Of a stretch of 58,893 nt of DNA, positions 9,064 through 19,406 are shown piece by piece (position 1 is the first letter of the stretch; each line of letters starts with the position of its first letter). The notes under the pieces are model-generated. The model saw nothing but the letters and a program-made list of their open reading frames with translations. It did not search any database and was not told where the DNA came from. The translations under genes were made by a program, and so were the position numbers. The DNA is from a bacterium (GTDB lineage Bacteria; JAMCPX01). Location of the stretch: positions 1 to 58,893 of the forward strand of contig JBBIVV010000013.1 in assembly GCA_037439545.1 (NCBI GenBank), read 5' to 3'.

Positions 9064-10529
9064 TGAAGGTATATGAATTAACTATACAAGAACTTGCTGA
9101 GCTTTACAGAACAGGAAAAACAACAGCTTCCGAAGCCGTGGATCAGCTTTTAAAAAGGATAGACGCTTTAAATCCGGCATTAAATGCTTTTATTACCGTC
9201 GATAAACAGTATGCCTTTGTGCAGGCTGAACAGGCGGATAAATTAATGAAAAAAGGTAATGCACCTCCTCTATGCGGCATACCTATTGCAGTCAAAGATA
9301 TATTCGCGACAAAAGGCATGCGGACGACCTGCGCATCTAAAATGCTTGAACATTTCATGCCCCCTTATGATGCAACGGTTATTAAAAAACTGAAATCAGC
9401 AGGGGCAATTATAATCGGTAAAACAAATATGGACGAGTTTGCGATGGGCTCATCGACCGAAACGTCTTACTTTGGACCGGCGCACAATCCATGGTCTCTC
9501 GATACCGTGCCGGGCGGTTCGAGCGGAGGGTCGGCGAGTGCAGTTGCAGGAGACATAGCTTATGGTGCACTCGGGACTGACACAGGGGGATCCATACGGC
9601 AGCCAGCCGCACTGTGCGGCATAGCAGGATTAAAACCAACGTACGGCAGGGTAAGCAGATACGGCATGATTGCATTTGCCTCTTCTCTCGATCAGGGCGG
9701 AACATTGACAAAAACAGTCTATGATTCAGCACTGCTTCTCGAGACGATTTCGGGGTTCGATCCTCTCGATTCAACCTCGGCAGATGTACCGGTCGAGCCG
9801 TTTACCGGTATTTTATCGTCTGGAATCGATGCGGTGAGAATCGGTGTGCCCAGGGAATATTTTATAGAAGGTATGGATGCAGACGTACAAAAAGCCGTGA
9901 ACAATGCGATAGATACCATGAAAAAACTTGGTGCAAAGATAGTAAACATAAGTCTTCCGCATACACAATATGCTGTTGCAGTGTACTACATCCTTGCCTC
10001 ATCAGAGGCAAGCTCGAATTTAGCAAGATACGACGGCGTAAAATACGGGTATAGATCGGAGTCCGGTTCGAATCTTATCGACATGTACAAGAGCACCCGT
10101 GCACAAGGGTTTGGTAAAGAGGTCAAAAGAAGAATCATGCTCGGAACCTTTGCACTCTCTGCCGGATATTATTCTGCATTTTATGGAAAATCCCAGAAAG
10201 TAAGAAGACTTATAACGGAAGATTTCAATAACGCATTCAAACAATGCGACGTCATTCTCGCCCCGACAAGCCCGACACCGGCGTTTAAACTCGGATCAAA
10301 GCTTGACGACCCGCTGAAGATGTATCTTTCGGATATATTTACCATACCGCTCAATCTTGCCGGTTTGCCGGGCATATCGATACCCTGCGGGTTTACCACG
10401 GACAACCTGCCCATCGGCATGCAGTTGATAGGCAAACAGTTTGATGAAAAGACCATTCTAAGTACTGCGTATGGGTATGAACAGGCAACATCATGGCACA
10501 CACACAAACCAGAAGAGTTTAAGAGCTAA
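9063..10529 (+). CDS. gatA: Asp/Glu-tRNA amidotransferase subunit A
   Basis: Amidase signature GKTNMDEFAMGSS, PGGSSGGS, GTDTGGSIRQPA, plus SSNLARYDG and EVKRRIMLG. Confidence 0.97.
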   Translation: MKVYELTIQELAELYRTGKTTASEAVDQLLKRIDALNPALNAFITVDKQYAFVQAEQADKLMKKGNAPPLCGIPIAVKDIFATKGMRTTCASKMLEHFMPPYDATVIKKLKSAGAIIIGKTNMDEFAMGSSTETSYFGPAHNPWSLDTVPGGSSGGSASAVAGDIAYGALGTDTGGSIRQPAALCGIAGLKPTYGRVSRYGMIAFASSLDQGGTLTKTVYDSALLLETISGFDPLDSTSADVPVEPFTGILSSGIDAVRIGVPREYFIEGMDADVQKAVNNAIDTMKKLGAKIVNISLPHTQYAVAVYYILASSEASSNLARYDGVKYGYRSESGSNLIDMYKSTRAQGFGKEVKRRIMLGTFALSAGYYSAFYGKSQKVRRLITEDFNNAFKQCDVILAPTSPTPAFKLGSKLDDPLKMYLSDIFTIPLNLAGLPGISIPCGFTTDNLPIGMQLIGKQFDEKTILSTAYGYEQATSWHTHKPEEFKS

Positions 10530-10538
10530 GGAGTACGT

Positions 10539-12731
10539 ATGAAAAGAGAGACAAAAATAAATATTTTCGTATTCATGTTAATCATGATCCTCACCTTTGC
10601 AGTGACCTATCCCGGCATTGTGGAGATCGGCACAAAACTTCTCGGCATCAAGGATTCCTACTTCTATGCATGGGACTTATGGTGGTTTGAGCATGCCCTG
10701 TTATCTCTGCACCAATCACCGTTAAAATTGACCACTCTATTCTATCCTATTACCGGTATTCCCTACCTCTGGTCGTCCCCGCTCAATGAAATTGCGGGTA
10801 TCATCTTTTTACCGATACTGCCTTTGCCGGTCCTGTTCAATTTTCTTGCACTTCTTCCGATCGTACTCGGGACATACTTTACCTATAAGCTTGTACATCA
10901 TTTGACCGGACAGAGGCTTGCAGGCATAGCAGGGGGTATTTTGTTCGGCTTTTCACCTTATCTCCTTTCTACCATGATGGGGAACCTTCAGTATGCGTCC
11001 GTTGAATTCATTCCGCTCGTCATGTACACAATGTTCAGACTAAAAGACGATCGGACGACAAAAAACGGGATTATGTTTATAGCTGCTTCAGTGCTCCTCG
11101 CAATGAGCAATTCCAGCTATATCTTTTATGCGTACCTGCCTATGATAACCTATCTCCCATTTTCGTGGCTTTTAAAAGACAGAAAAGCCGTTCTGAGCAG
11201 TTTTTTCATTTTATACCTGTTATTGTCGCTCGGGTTCGTCACATTGACAGCTCTTATCTTTTATATACCGCAATTGGATGTCACCATGCATTCGGAATAT
11301 GCAAAGGCCCTCGGGACAACACAATTGCTCGTCAATACCCAGAACTTCCTCGATTATTTTTTACCGAACAAGTCGAACTTCCTGTTTAAAAATATATTAT
11401 ATTTTTATTCGAAAGATCAGACATACTTTTCAAATATAGGCATTGTTACCCTCTTCCTTATTGTATTGGTAATTGCTTTCAAGTATGAAAGGAGAGAGGT
11501 TATCAGGTGGGGCATATTGGCAGGAGTGCTTTATATCTTTTCTCTCGGCACGTACCTGAAATTCAATGGGCCCGTGCTTTACCCTTATTATGGAATGATG
11601 CACTTCGTATCGCTCCCGTACACGCTTTTAAGCAACCTGCGGTTTCTGTCAGATCTGACCCAGCCGGCACTTTTGATCCCCCTTTTGCTGCTCAGCACAT
11701 CCATTATTGCAGGCTTCGGTATAAAGCTTATTATCGAGAGAACGGATATCAGATCATTAAGTTATATAACGGTCTTTTCTCTCATATTCCTTGCACTTTT
11801 GGAATATTATCCCGGGTATCCGTTTAAGGGAGTCCAGGCAACTGTGCCTGCATACTATATGCCAATAGCCAAAGACATGTCCACGAAGGCTGTCATAGAA
11901 CTGCCTGCTACAGGTTCGGTATTCGGCAATAAGGACAATATTCCCTTTGTATACAGGTCTATGTATTACCAAATATTTACCGGTAAGGCACTCGTAGGGG
12001 GCTATTACGACTATCGATGGGACCGTGCACAGTCGTTTGTCACGACAACACCGTTCCTGTCACAACTCAATGATGCATTTACTCTCGTTTATGGAGATAT
12101 TATTCCGGTTCATAAAACCGTTTTAGCCGATCATGGGGTAAGGACGCTGATGGATCTCGGCGTAAGGTATATCATAGTAAACAGACTGGCTTATGATCCG
12201 GTAGAATACAGCGCCCTCCGGTCTTTTTTAATATCATACTGCGGACAGCCGACGTATGACGATGGGTATGTTTCCATTTTCGTTCTGACAAGAGCATATC
12301 TGTCCGTAAACCCCGGAGAGCTTTTAGAGCTCGGAAGCGGCTGGTATAAACCGATGCTCAATGAAAAAGAAAAAGCTATCTTCAGGATGATGGATCAGGA
12401 CGGCACCATAAATATCACCGGTGTGCAGCATCAGAGAACAGTGAAACTCCTTCTTGGAATACTCAGGCCGTTTAAGTCGATAAAGATGCTTGACGTCAGT
12501 GTAAACGGCAAAGTCATTAACCGAATTGATCTTGATGCAACCGCACAGCCGGCAATAGGGTGGGAAAGTAAGCCGTTTACCCTTGAAAAGGGCGACAATG
12601 TAATTACTATCCATTCAATGGAAGAACCCATAGATCCGCACAAGGAATTCGGCCTTTTAATACAGGATGCAAGACCGGAGACAATAGGGATATTCGGATT
12701 AAAGTTGTCGGACACGACAAGCGTTCATTAG
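10539..12731 (+). CDS. Multi-pass membrane protein, putative GT-C/YfhO-like glycosyltransferase
   Basis: About a dozen hydrophobic segments followed by a soluble C-terminal region (VIELP...MYYQ...LVGGY, LGVRYIIV), typical of GT-C-like proteins. Confidence 0.5.
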   Translation: MKRETKINIFVFMLIMILTFAVTYPGIVEIGTKLLGIKDSYFYAWDLWWFEHALLSLHQSPLKLTTLFYPITGIPYLWSSPLNEIAGIIFLPILPLPVLFNFLALLPIVLGTYFTYKLVHHLTGQRLAGIAGGILFGFSPYLLSTMMGNLQYASVEFIPLVMYTMFRLKDDRTTKNGIMFIAASVLLAMSNSSYIFYAYLPMITYLPFSWLLKDRKAVLSSFFILYLLLSLGFVTLTALIFYIPQLDVTMHSEYAKALGTTQLLVNTQNFLDYFLPNKSNFLFKNILYFYSKDQTYFSNIGIVTLFLIVLVIAFKYERREVIRWGILAGVLYIFSLGTYLKFNGPVLYPYYGMMHFVSLPYTLLSNLRFLSDLTQPALLIPLLLLSTSIIAGFGIKLIIERTDIRSLSYITVFSLIFLALLEYYPGYPFKGVQATVPAYYMPIAKDMSTKAVIELPATGSVFGNKDNIPFVYRSMYYQIFTGKALVGGYYDYRWDRAQSFVTTTPFLSQLNDAFTLVYGDIIPVHKTVLADHGVRTLMDLGVRYIIVNRLAYDPVEYSALRSFLISYCGQPTYDDGYVSIFVLTRAYLSVNPGELLELGSGWYKPMLNEKEKAIFRMMDQDGTINITGVQHQRTVKLLLGILRPFKSIKMLDVSVNGKVINRIDLDATAQPAIGWESKPFTLEKGDNVITIHSMEEPIDPHKEFGLLIQDARPETIGIFGLKLSDTTSVH

Positions 12732-12732
12732 C

Positions 12733-13854
12733 ATGCCTGATAGTATAACGAGGAAACTGCATGTTCCTGCATCCGATCGCTCACTCCTGAATATTGCGAA
12801 GAAAGTAGTCTCGGGCAAAAGGATCAGTAACGAAGACGCACGCATTCTACTTCAATCCAGCGATATTCATCTGATCGGCGCTATGGCTGACTATAAGAAG
12901 CAACAGGTGAGCGGAAAACTCGTATATTTTACCGTGAACAAGCAGATCAATTACACGAATATCTGCGGCGTTCATTGTAAGGTATGCGCATACGCAAAAG
13001 GCAAACATGCGAAGGACGCATACACCATGCCGATCGATGAAATTATCAGTGAACTTTCGAAATATAAAGACGGCCTTGACGAGGTACATATAGTAGGCGG
13101 GCTGCACCCCGATCTGCCGTTTGATTATTATACATCGATGTTGAGCAGCATACGTTCGCATTTTCCTGACATAACGATAAAGGCATTTACCGCAACGGAG
13201 ATAGGGTATTTTGTGAAGCTGTACGGCATGGATATTAAGGATGTGCTGAATGAACTCGTCGATGCAGGGCTCGACACTATGCCCGGTGGCGGTGCAGAGT
13301 TGCTGTCGGACGCTATCAGGTCGGAGTTGTTCAAGGGTAAAGAGTCAAAGGATAATTGGCTCGCGACACACGGAATAGCCCATTCACTGGGCATTAAAAC
13401 GAATGCAACCATGCTCTACGGCCATATTGAAACAGATGAAGATATCATCTTTCATCTTGAACAATTGCGTTCACTTCAGGATAACACATCCGGTTTCATG
13501 ACATTTGTGCCGCTCATCTTCCACCCGGAAAATACGTCTCTGCAAAACAGGGTGCACACTCCGGCCGGTATCAGAAAGTTGAAGATCATCGCCTTATCGA
13601 GATTATATTTAGATAATTTCCCTCATATCAAGGCATACTGGGTCATGATGTCAGAAGGCATTACACAGATAGCCCTGCATTTTGGTGCGGATGATATCGA
13701 CGGCACTATCGGTAATGAAAAGGTCACCCATGCCGCAGGTGCCCAAACCCCCGCCGGCTTGACAAAAGAGAGCATGATATCCATGATAAAGAATACGGGG
13801 TATATTCCGGCTCAAAGAGACGGGAAGTACAAGGTTATCAGGGTCTATAAATAG
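12733..13854 (+). CDS. mqnE: Aminofutalosine synthase (CofH/MqnE radical SAM)
   Basis: CGVHCKVC radical SAM motif, EVHIVGGLHP, MPGGGAE, NATMLYGHIET, HIKAYWVM; adjacent to mqnA. Confidence 0.85.
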   Translation: MPDSITRKLHVPASDRSLLNIAKKVVSGKRISNEDARILLQSSDIHLIGAMADYKKQQVSGKLVYFTVNKQINYTNICGVHCKVCAYAKGKHAKDAYTMPIDEIISELSKYKDGLDEVHIVGGLHPDLPFDYYTSMLSSIRSHFPDITIKAFTATEIGYFVKLYGMDIKDVLNELVDAGLDTMPGGGAELLSDAIRSELFKGKESKDNWLATHGIAHSLGIKTNATMLYGHIETDEDIIFHLEQLRSLQDNTSGFMTFVPLIFHPENTSLQNRVHTPAGIRKLKIIALSRLYLDNFPHIKAYWVMMSEGITQIALHFGADDIDGTIGNEKVTHAAGAQTPAGLTKESMISMIKNTGYIPAQRDGKYKVIRVYK

Positions 13855-13863
13855 GTGGGTGTT

Positions 13864-14649
13864 ATGAAACTTGCAAGAATGCCGTACATCAACGTCGATC
13901 CTTTTTATTACACGCTTGAACATGGTTCTGCTGAACGTACCATCGAACTTGTAACAGGCTATCCAAGACAGATCGGAAGACTTGCGGACAAACAGGATGC
14001 CATAGATGCGGGGCCTATATCTGTCATGGATTTTTTAAACCTGAAACAGAGCTATGAACCTCTGGGCAGCATGTGCGTTGCGGTAAAAGAGAAAGCAGGA
14101 AGCGTGACGCTGTTTTCCCGGACGCCTGCGAAAGACCTCAACGACCGTAAAATAGGCATAACATCACAGACTTCCACGTCAAAGGTACTTCTCAGGATTA
14201 TCCTCGAGCAAAGATATAATATAAAATCAGCTCTCTATCTTGATCAGCCGGACACCGGGGAAGTCGATGCATATTTGTTTATCGGCAACAACGCTCTGGT
14301 GAATGTCTACAGCGGGTTCAAGGGCTTCGAGTATGTATACGATCTTGGAGAGGAGTGGTACCACTGGACCGGACTTCCCTTTGTATTCGCCATCTGGGCA
14401 ATAAGAAAGGCCGTTCCTCAGAACGAAAAGGACAATCTGACGGCTATCCTGAGAAATTCCCTGGATATATTCTGGCATCATGAGAAAGAGATGGCGAATA
14501 AAAGGGCGGAAGAGCTGCATGTTCCTGCGTCTTTCATAGAAAATTACTGGCATCTGTTCATTTACAATCAAACATCTGTTGTAGATAAGAGTCTTACATT
14601 GTTTACCGGGCACGCCCGTGCAATAAAGGAGGTTTTTGCCAATGGATAA
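13864..14649 (+). CDS. mqnA: Chorismate dehydratase (menaquinone futalosine pathway)
   Basis: PYIN, SVTLFS, TSTS and DLGEEWYHWTGLPFVFAIW motifs. Start is ATG 13864 or GTG 13855. Confidence 0.85.
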   Translation: MKLARMPYINVDPFYYTLEHGSAERTIELVTGYPRQIGRLADKQDAIDAGPISVMDFLNLKQSYEPLGSMCVAVKEKAGSVTLFSRTPAKDLNDRKIGITSQTSTSKVLLRIILEQRYNIKSALYLDQPDTGEVDAYLFIGNNALVNVYSGFKGFEYVYDLGEEWYHWTGLPFVFAIWAIRKAVPQNEKDNLTAILRNSLDIFWHHEKEMANKRAEELHVPASFIENYWHLFIYNQTSVVDKSLTLFTGHARAIKEVFANG

Positions 14650-14980
14650 GAAAAAATATGGAGACGATACTGCGGATAATGATTTTGATCTTTATGACGG
14701 TGAAGAGCTTGATGAGTATGCAGACGATCTCGGTATCGATGAGAGTGAACTCCAGCACATACATTTTACGATACAGTGCATAAAAAATCCCTTTCCGAGG
14801 GAGAGCGATGAGTGGGTCATCGTAGAGACTTTGCAGAAAGAAAGACCGGAAGGTTTCGAAGAACTGAAAGATGTGTTGATGTCGTTGTTTGATTTCGACA
14901 GCTTTGAAATGACCCCTGACGAATATGCAAAAGAAATCTTCTACTTTATGATAGAAAACCGGGTGATAAAGCTGGACTGA
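14642..14980 (+). CDS. Small acidic hypothetical protein
   Basis: AAGGAGG RBS before ATG 14642; overlaps the mqnA stop; strongly Asp/Glu rich. Confidence 0.65.
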   Translation: MDKKKYGDDTADNDFDLYDGEELDEYADDLGIDESELQHIHFTIQCIKNPFPRESDEWVIVETLQKERPEGFEELKDVLMSLFDFDSFEMTPDEYAKEIFYFMIENRVIKLD

Positions 14981-15041
14981 CCCCGGTATTTAAAAGGGAG
15001 GGGAAAGTTTGAGCCGAAGCGAATAAAACAAGGTTCCCTGC

Positions 15042-15114
15042 TGTCATGCTGAATTTATTTCAGCATCTCATAAAATTAATAGACATAAGACCCTGAAAAA
15101 AGTTCAGGGTGACA
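15042..15114. repeat. Two-hairpin REP-like palindromic element
   Basis: tgtca...tgaca ends; hairpins atgctgaa/ttcagcat (15046-15066) and accctgaa/ttcagggt (15090-15110); lies between convergent genes. Confidence 0.7.
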
Positions 15115-15180
15115 AAAGTGCTAAGATGACACAGCCTCCCGAAGAGAGGGACAGCTTTTTCTTCTTCCTTGATTATATGA

Positions 15181-15972
15181 TTATGTCGTTATCGCAGATT
15201 TCAGGGAGTGAGTGAGGGCAAGAATGTCATTCGACGCGTCCTTATGTGCTTCTATCAATTTCACGAATGCACTGCCGACGACGATACCGTCTGCAATACC
15301 CGCTATCATTTTAGCCTGCTCCGGAGTAGAGATACCGAAACCCACTGCAACCGGTTTCCTGGTATGCTTTTTAATCCATCGAATGCTGTCGAATGTCTTG
15401 GTGCCCATCTTTTTCGATGAGCCTGTCACGCCTGTCATGGATATATAATAGAGAAAACCCTTTGTGTTTCTCGACAGTTCTAAAAGCCTTTTCCTGTCCG
15501 AGGTCGGTGCTGCAAGAAGGATAATATCAACGACCGATCGATCCGCATACTCTTTTACATTTCCGATCTCTTCAAGAGGCAGATCAGGGAGTATAATACC
15601 GTCAACACCGCTTTCCGCTGCATCTTTGAAAAATCTTTCAATACCATATTTGATCACGGGATTCACATATCCCATCAGAATAACCGGCAGGCCGGATGTT
15701 TTCCTGATTGTGCGGACCAGCTCCAGTACCAGCTTTATGTTTGTCTTTGATTCCAATGCGCGCTGCGCAGCTTTCTGTATGACAGGTCCGTCTGCTATGG
15801 GGTCTGAAAACGGCATGCCGAGCTCTATAATATCAGCCCCTCCTTTTATTAAGGCATCAATATAACGTGCCGTTTTTTCGAGTGAAGGATCTCCGGCCAT
15901 AATATAAGCAATCAATGCCTTTTCATTCCTGATTGCCAATGCATGAAATGTTTGATCAATGCGGCTGGTCAT
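15181..15972 (-). CDS. trpA: Tryptophan synthase alpha chain
   Basis: [35 protein letters not shown] and VVGSA motifs. Confidence 0.97.
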   Translation of the reverse strand: MTSRIDQTFHALAIRNEKALIAYIMAGDPSLEKTARYIDALIKGGADIIELGMPFSDPIADGPVIQKAAQRALESKTNIKLVLELVRTIRKTSGLPVILMGYVNPVIKYGIERFFKDAAESGVDGIILPDLPLEEIGNVKEYADRSVVDIILLAAPTSDRKRLLELSRNTKGFLYYISMTGVTGSSKKMGTKTFDSIRWIKKHTRKPVAVGFGISTPEQAKMIAGIADGIVVGSAFVKLIEAHKDASNDILALTHSLKSAITT

Positions 15973-17185
15973 TGAGGTCCCCTAATCGTATGTTCTCCCT
16001 TATAATGCCCATGTCCTTGTCTCCCCTGCCCGAAATATTTATGATAACGATGGATTTCTTCGGGAGACGCGGCACATACTTTCTGGCAAAGGCTATTGCA
16101 TGTGCACTTTCAAGCGCAGGAATAATGCCCTCCATTCTTGAAAGATAGACTGTCGCTGACAATGCTTCATCGTCTTTTATCGTGGCTATTTTTAACCTGC
16201 CCGTATCCTTAAGGTGGCTGAGTTCAGGACCCACACCGGGATAATCGAGTCCTGCTGAAACAGAATGCGGGTTGATAATCTGCCCGTCTTCATCCATTAA
16301 AATCTTTGTCATAGCTCCATGGAGCACACCCTTTTCACCTGCTGTTAATGATGCTCCGTGTTTACCTGTTTCAATGCCGAGCCCTCCTGCCTCAACGCCG
16401 ATGAGATCAACGTCTTTGTAGTTTATAAAGGGATAAAAAAGCCCCATTGAATTGCTTCCGCCGCCGACACATGCAATCAGCGTATCCGGCAATTTGTGCT
16501 CGAATTTTACTATCTGCTTTTTTGCCTCGCTGCCGATCACAGATTGAAAATACCGGACTATCTCAGGGTAGGGGTGCGGGCCTGCAACAGAGCCTATAAC
16601 ATAGTGCGTTGTCTCAACATTTGTAACCCAGTCTCGGATCGCCTCATTCATTGCATCTTTCAATGTCATGGAGCCCGAATACACAGGAACGACCCTTGCA
16701 CCGAGAAGCCGCATCCGGTCGACATTCAATGCCTGTCTTGTCACATCGAGATCTCCCATGTAAATCTCACACTCGAGCCCGAAAAGGGCTGCTGCAGTCG
16801 CAGTCGCAACACCATGCTGTCCTGCGCCTGTTTCTGCTATTATCCGTTTTTTCCCGAGTTTTTTTGCAAGCAAAACCTGTGCGATGGTGTTGTTGATCTT
16901 GTGCGCTCCCGTATGGGCAAGGTCTTCTCGTTTTAAATATATTTTTGCACCGTGAAGGTCATCCGTCATCCTTGACGCAAGGTAAAGCGGTGTCGGCCTT
17001 CCCACATAATGCTCAAGATACTGATGAAGCTCTTTCTGAAACAATTGTGTATACACTATGCGTCTGTATCCATTCTCGAGCTCCCGTAATGCATGGATAA
17101 GCGTTTCGGGTACGAACCTTCCGCCGTATTCGCCGAAATAGCCGCGGGCGTCGGGCATGTTTTTCTTCTTCCCGGATATTTTCAT
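15956..17185 (-). CDS. trpB: Tryptophan synthase beta chain
   Basis: [43 protein letters not shown] and SGRGDKD motifs. Confidence 0.98.
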   Translation of the reverse strand: MKISGKKKNMPDARGYFGEYGGRFVPETLIHALRELENGYRRIVYTQLFQKELHQYLEHYVGRPTPLYLASRMTDDLHGAKIYLKREDLAHTGAHKINNTIAQVLLAKKLGKKRIIAETGAGQHGVATATAAALFGLECEIYMGDLDVTRQALNVDRMRLLGARVVPVYSGSMTLKDAMNEAIRDWVTNVETTHYVIGSVAGPHPYPEIVRYFQSVIGSEAKKQIVKFEHKLPDTLIACVGGGSNSMGLFYPFINYKDVDLIGVEAGGLGIETGKHGASLTAGEKGVLHGAMTKILMDEDGQIINPHSVSAGLDYPGVGPELSHLKDTGRLKIATIKDDEALSATVYLSRMEGIIPALESAHAIAFARKYVPRLPKKSIVIINISGRGDKDMGIIRENIRLGDLNDQPH

Positions 17186-17258
17186 TCAGTAACTATACTT
17201 TTATCATTATACGGTGTCAAACATAACCAAATGGTTCTTCTGAATTTCTCGTGGATTA

Positions 17259-17336
17259 CCCCCTCTTTGGAAAAGAGGGGCGAGGGGAGATTTTCCTCAA
17301 AATCCCCCTTGTATCCCCTTTTTTCAAAGGGGGATA
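17259..17336. repeat. C/G-tract two-hairpin palindromic element
   Basis: Hairpin cccctcttt/aaagagggg (17260-17280), central ggggagattt...aaatccccc, second hairpin tatcccctttt/aaagggggata (17312-17336). Confidence 0.7.
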
Positions 17337-17450
17337 ACATCCTGCTTCATCTATTTCTATCCACTGGGAACTCTAAGAGCGAACAAAATTCCTTGCTAAT
17401 CTCTATCTGCATAGGGTATGCTTTATCCAATAATTTGTTAAGGAGGCTGT

Positions 17451-17864
17451 ATGGTTATTGGTAATGTATCAAATGTATTCGTAGTCCTTGAGGTACTTGT
17501 CGGTATATTCACGATAGTGTTCTGGTTACTGTTCTTGTTTGTCCCGAACAGCGTGCAATCGTCCACTGAAAAGTGTTACATGGTGTTCCAGCACAGCTTC
17601 ATAGCAGCAGACCTGTGGATGTGCGTTGCATTCTTTCTGTCCGCTTATTACCTTTACCACGGAAGCACAGCAGGTGTTATGTGGGGCATCGTTGCCGGCG
17701 GTACATTCGTGTTCCTCGGTCTGATGGACATCCTGTACAATATAGAGAACGGCATGTATAAAAACATTAATTCAGGTATGTTTTTCGAGATCCTGATCAA
17801 CCTGACGAGCGTTGTATTCGGAGGCTACACGATCAACTACGTGTGGAAGCTCCTCCAGCGCTGA
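17451..17864 (+). CDS. Small 4-TM hypothetical membrane protein
   Basis: AAGGAGG RBS; four hydrophobic segments. Confidence 0.75.
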   Translation: MVIGNVSNVFVVLEVLVGIFTIVFWLLFLFVPNSVQSSTEKCYMVFQHSFIAADLWMCVAFFLSAYYLYHGSTAGVMWGIVAGGTFVFLGLMDILYNIENGMYKNINSGMFFEILINLTSVVFGGYTINYVWKLLQR

Positions 17865-17867
17865 GTA

Positions 17868-17921
17868 TCAGTAAACCCCGTGAGAAAGGACGTGGCTTTA
17901 ACCACGCCCTTTCTATGAGGA
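17868..17921. repeat. Partial second copy of the 3492-3602 element
   Basis: tcagtaaaccccgtgagaaaggacgtggctttaaccacgccctttctatgagga matches 3492-3546 with two substitutions and one indel. The right terminal repeat is absent. Confidence 0.85.
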
Positions 17922-18005
17922 GCCTGTTGTAGGTAAGAACAGTCCTCACTTTTTCCACATCACTGTAGAAGTCCTCTATTAAGGATTGCCCCTATAGGAT
18001 AAGCT

Positions 18006-19406
18006 TTAATCCGACTTATACCGCAGGCTTTTCTTGTAGTACTGCCTTACCCTGAGTTCTACACCGAGCCCCTGCGCAACCGCCCTTGTCTTATCGACAT
18101 CTATGCCGGGTAACTCGACCATGGTCGCAGTAACTTCTTTGAATCTGTGTTTTGCAATCTTAATAAACTCAATCACTGCATTATAAGATGCTTCCCGGTA
18201 AGAATTAGGACACAACTTTATATAGGTCTGTGCATCGGGTGCATTCAGGCTCACGGACACTGCGTCGACATATTTTGCAAGCTCTCCTGTTATATCCCTG
18301 TTATAAACCAGATTGCCAAGCCCGTCCGTGTCAAGCCTTACAAGCCTTGCACCGTGTTCCTTAAGCCATTGAGCCGCGGAGATTACTATATCAAGCCGCT
18401 GTGTCGGCTCGCCGAAACCGACAAACACGATCTCCTCATACCTTGATGGGTCTTTTATCGCCTCGATGATCTCCTGGTAAGAGGGCTCTGTTTTAAACAG
18501 TTTTAGGTCATAATCGGTAACATAATAGTCGTTGCCGAACTTCGGACAGAACGTACAAGCATTCGTGCACTTGTTCGTAATGTTGAGGTAAAGGTTGTGG
18601 TGAAGCGCATAGGCTATCGTTTGTTCTGCACCAATACCAAAAGCCTTTTTTGCATTATCGAGTACTATTTCCGAAAGCTGTTCTTCTCCAATGTTTTTGA
18701 TCTGTGCAATCGTCTTAAGAACATAAGCCGTGTATGCGGGCTCGTTGAGTTTCCCCCTGTGCGGCACAGGGGACAAAAACGGGGAATCCGTTTCTATAAG
18801 CAGCCTCTCGACAGGTAAGGCTGCCACCGCATCCCTTAATGACTGTGCATTCTTGAAGGTTATGATACCGTTTATTGAGAGATAGAAGCCGAGCTCAAGT
18901 GCCTCTTTTGCCTGATCCATATCACCGCCATAGCTGTGAATTACCCCTGCAACATCCCCTGCCCTTTCCCGCTTCAGCATATCCATAACCTCTTGGTTTG
19001 CGTCCCTGCTGTGGATAACGAGCGGCAGACGTTTTTTTCTTGCAAGCCGGATAAACGCTTCAAAAGCCCGTACCTGCGCTTCTTTCGGCGAATGCATGTA
19101 GTGATAATCGAGGCCGACCTCGCCTATTGCAATGACCTTCGGGTTGTCCGCTATGCCTTCAATCTCTGAGAGCGTCTGCTCGTTGAACAGGGACGCCTCG
19201 TGAGGGTGGAGCCCGGCTGTCGCATATATGTTCTCGTGCGTATTGGCAATGTCCAGTGCTTCGTAATTGCCTTTTATGCCCGTACCGGAACCTATGTTTA
19301 TTATGAACTCGACACCTGCATCGAATGCACGCTGAATAACATTTTCCCTGTCCTTATCATAATCCTTAAAATTCAAATGCGCATGTGAATCATAAAGCCT
19401 TATCAT
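18006..19406 (-). CDS. tatD: TatD family hydrolase fused to a TatD-associated radical SAM domain
   Basis: N-terminal DSHAH, GLHPH, IGEVGLDY, IHSR and ETDSPFL; C-terminal YLNITNKCTNACTFC and FVGFGEPT. Confidence 0.9.
   Translation of the reverse strand: MIRLYDSHAHLNFKDYDKDRENVIQRAFDAGVEFIINIGSGTGIKGNYEALDIANTHENIYATAGLHPHEASLFNEQTLSEIEGIADNPKVIAIGEVGLDYHYMHSPKEAQVRAFEAFIRLARKKRLPLVIHSRDANQEVMDMLKRERAGDVAGVIHSYGGDMDQAKEALELGFYLSINGIITFKNAQSLRDAVAALPVERLLIETDSPFLSPVPHRGKLNEPAYTAYVLKTIAQIKNIGEEQLSEIVLDNAKKAFGIGAEQTIAYALHHNLYLNITNKCTNACTFCPKFGNDYYVTDYDLKLFKTEPSYQEIIEAIKDPSRYEEIVFVGFGEPTQRLDIVISAAQWLKEHGARLVRLDTDGLGNLVYNRDITGELAKYVDAVSVSLNAPDAQTYIKLCPNSYREASYNAVIEFIKIAKHRFKEVTATMVELPGIDVDKTRAVAQGLGVELRVRQYYKKSLRYKSD

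Noticed and set aside
17093..17464. 123-aa ORF spanning the trpB upstream region
   Set aside because: It overlaps trpB antisense and reads through a palindromic repeat; likely spurious.
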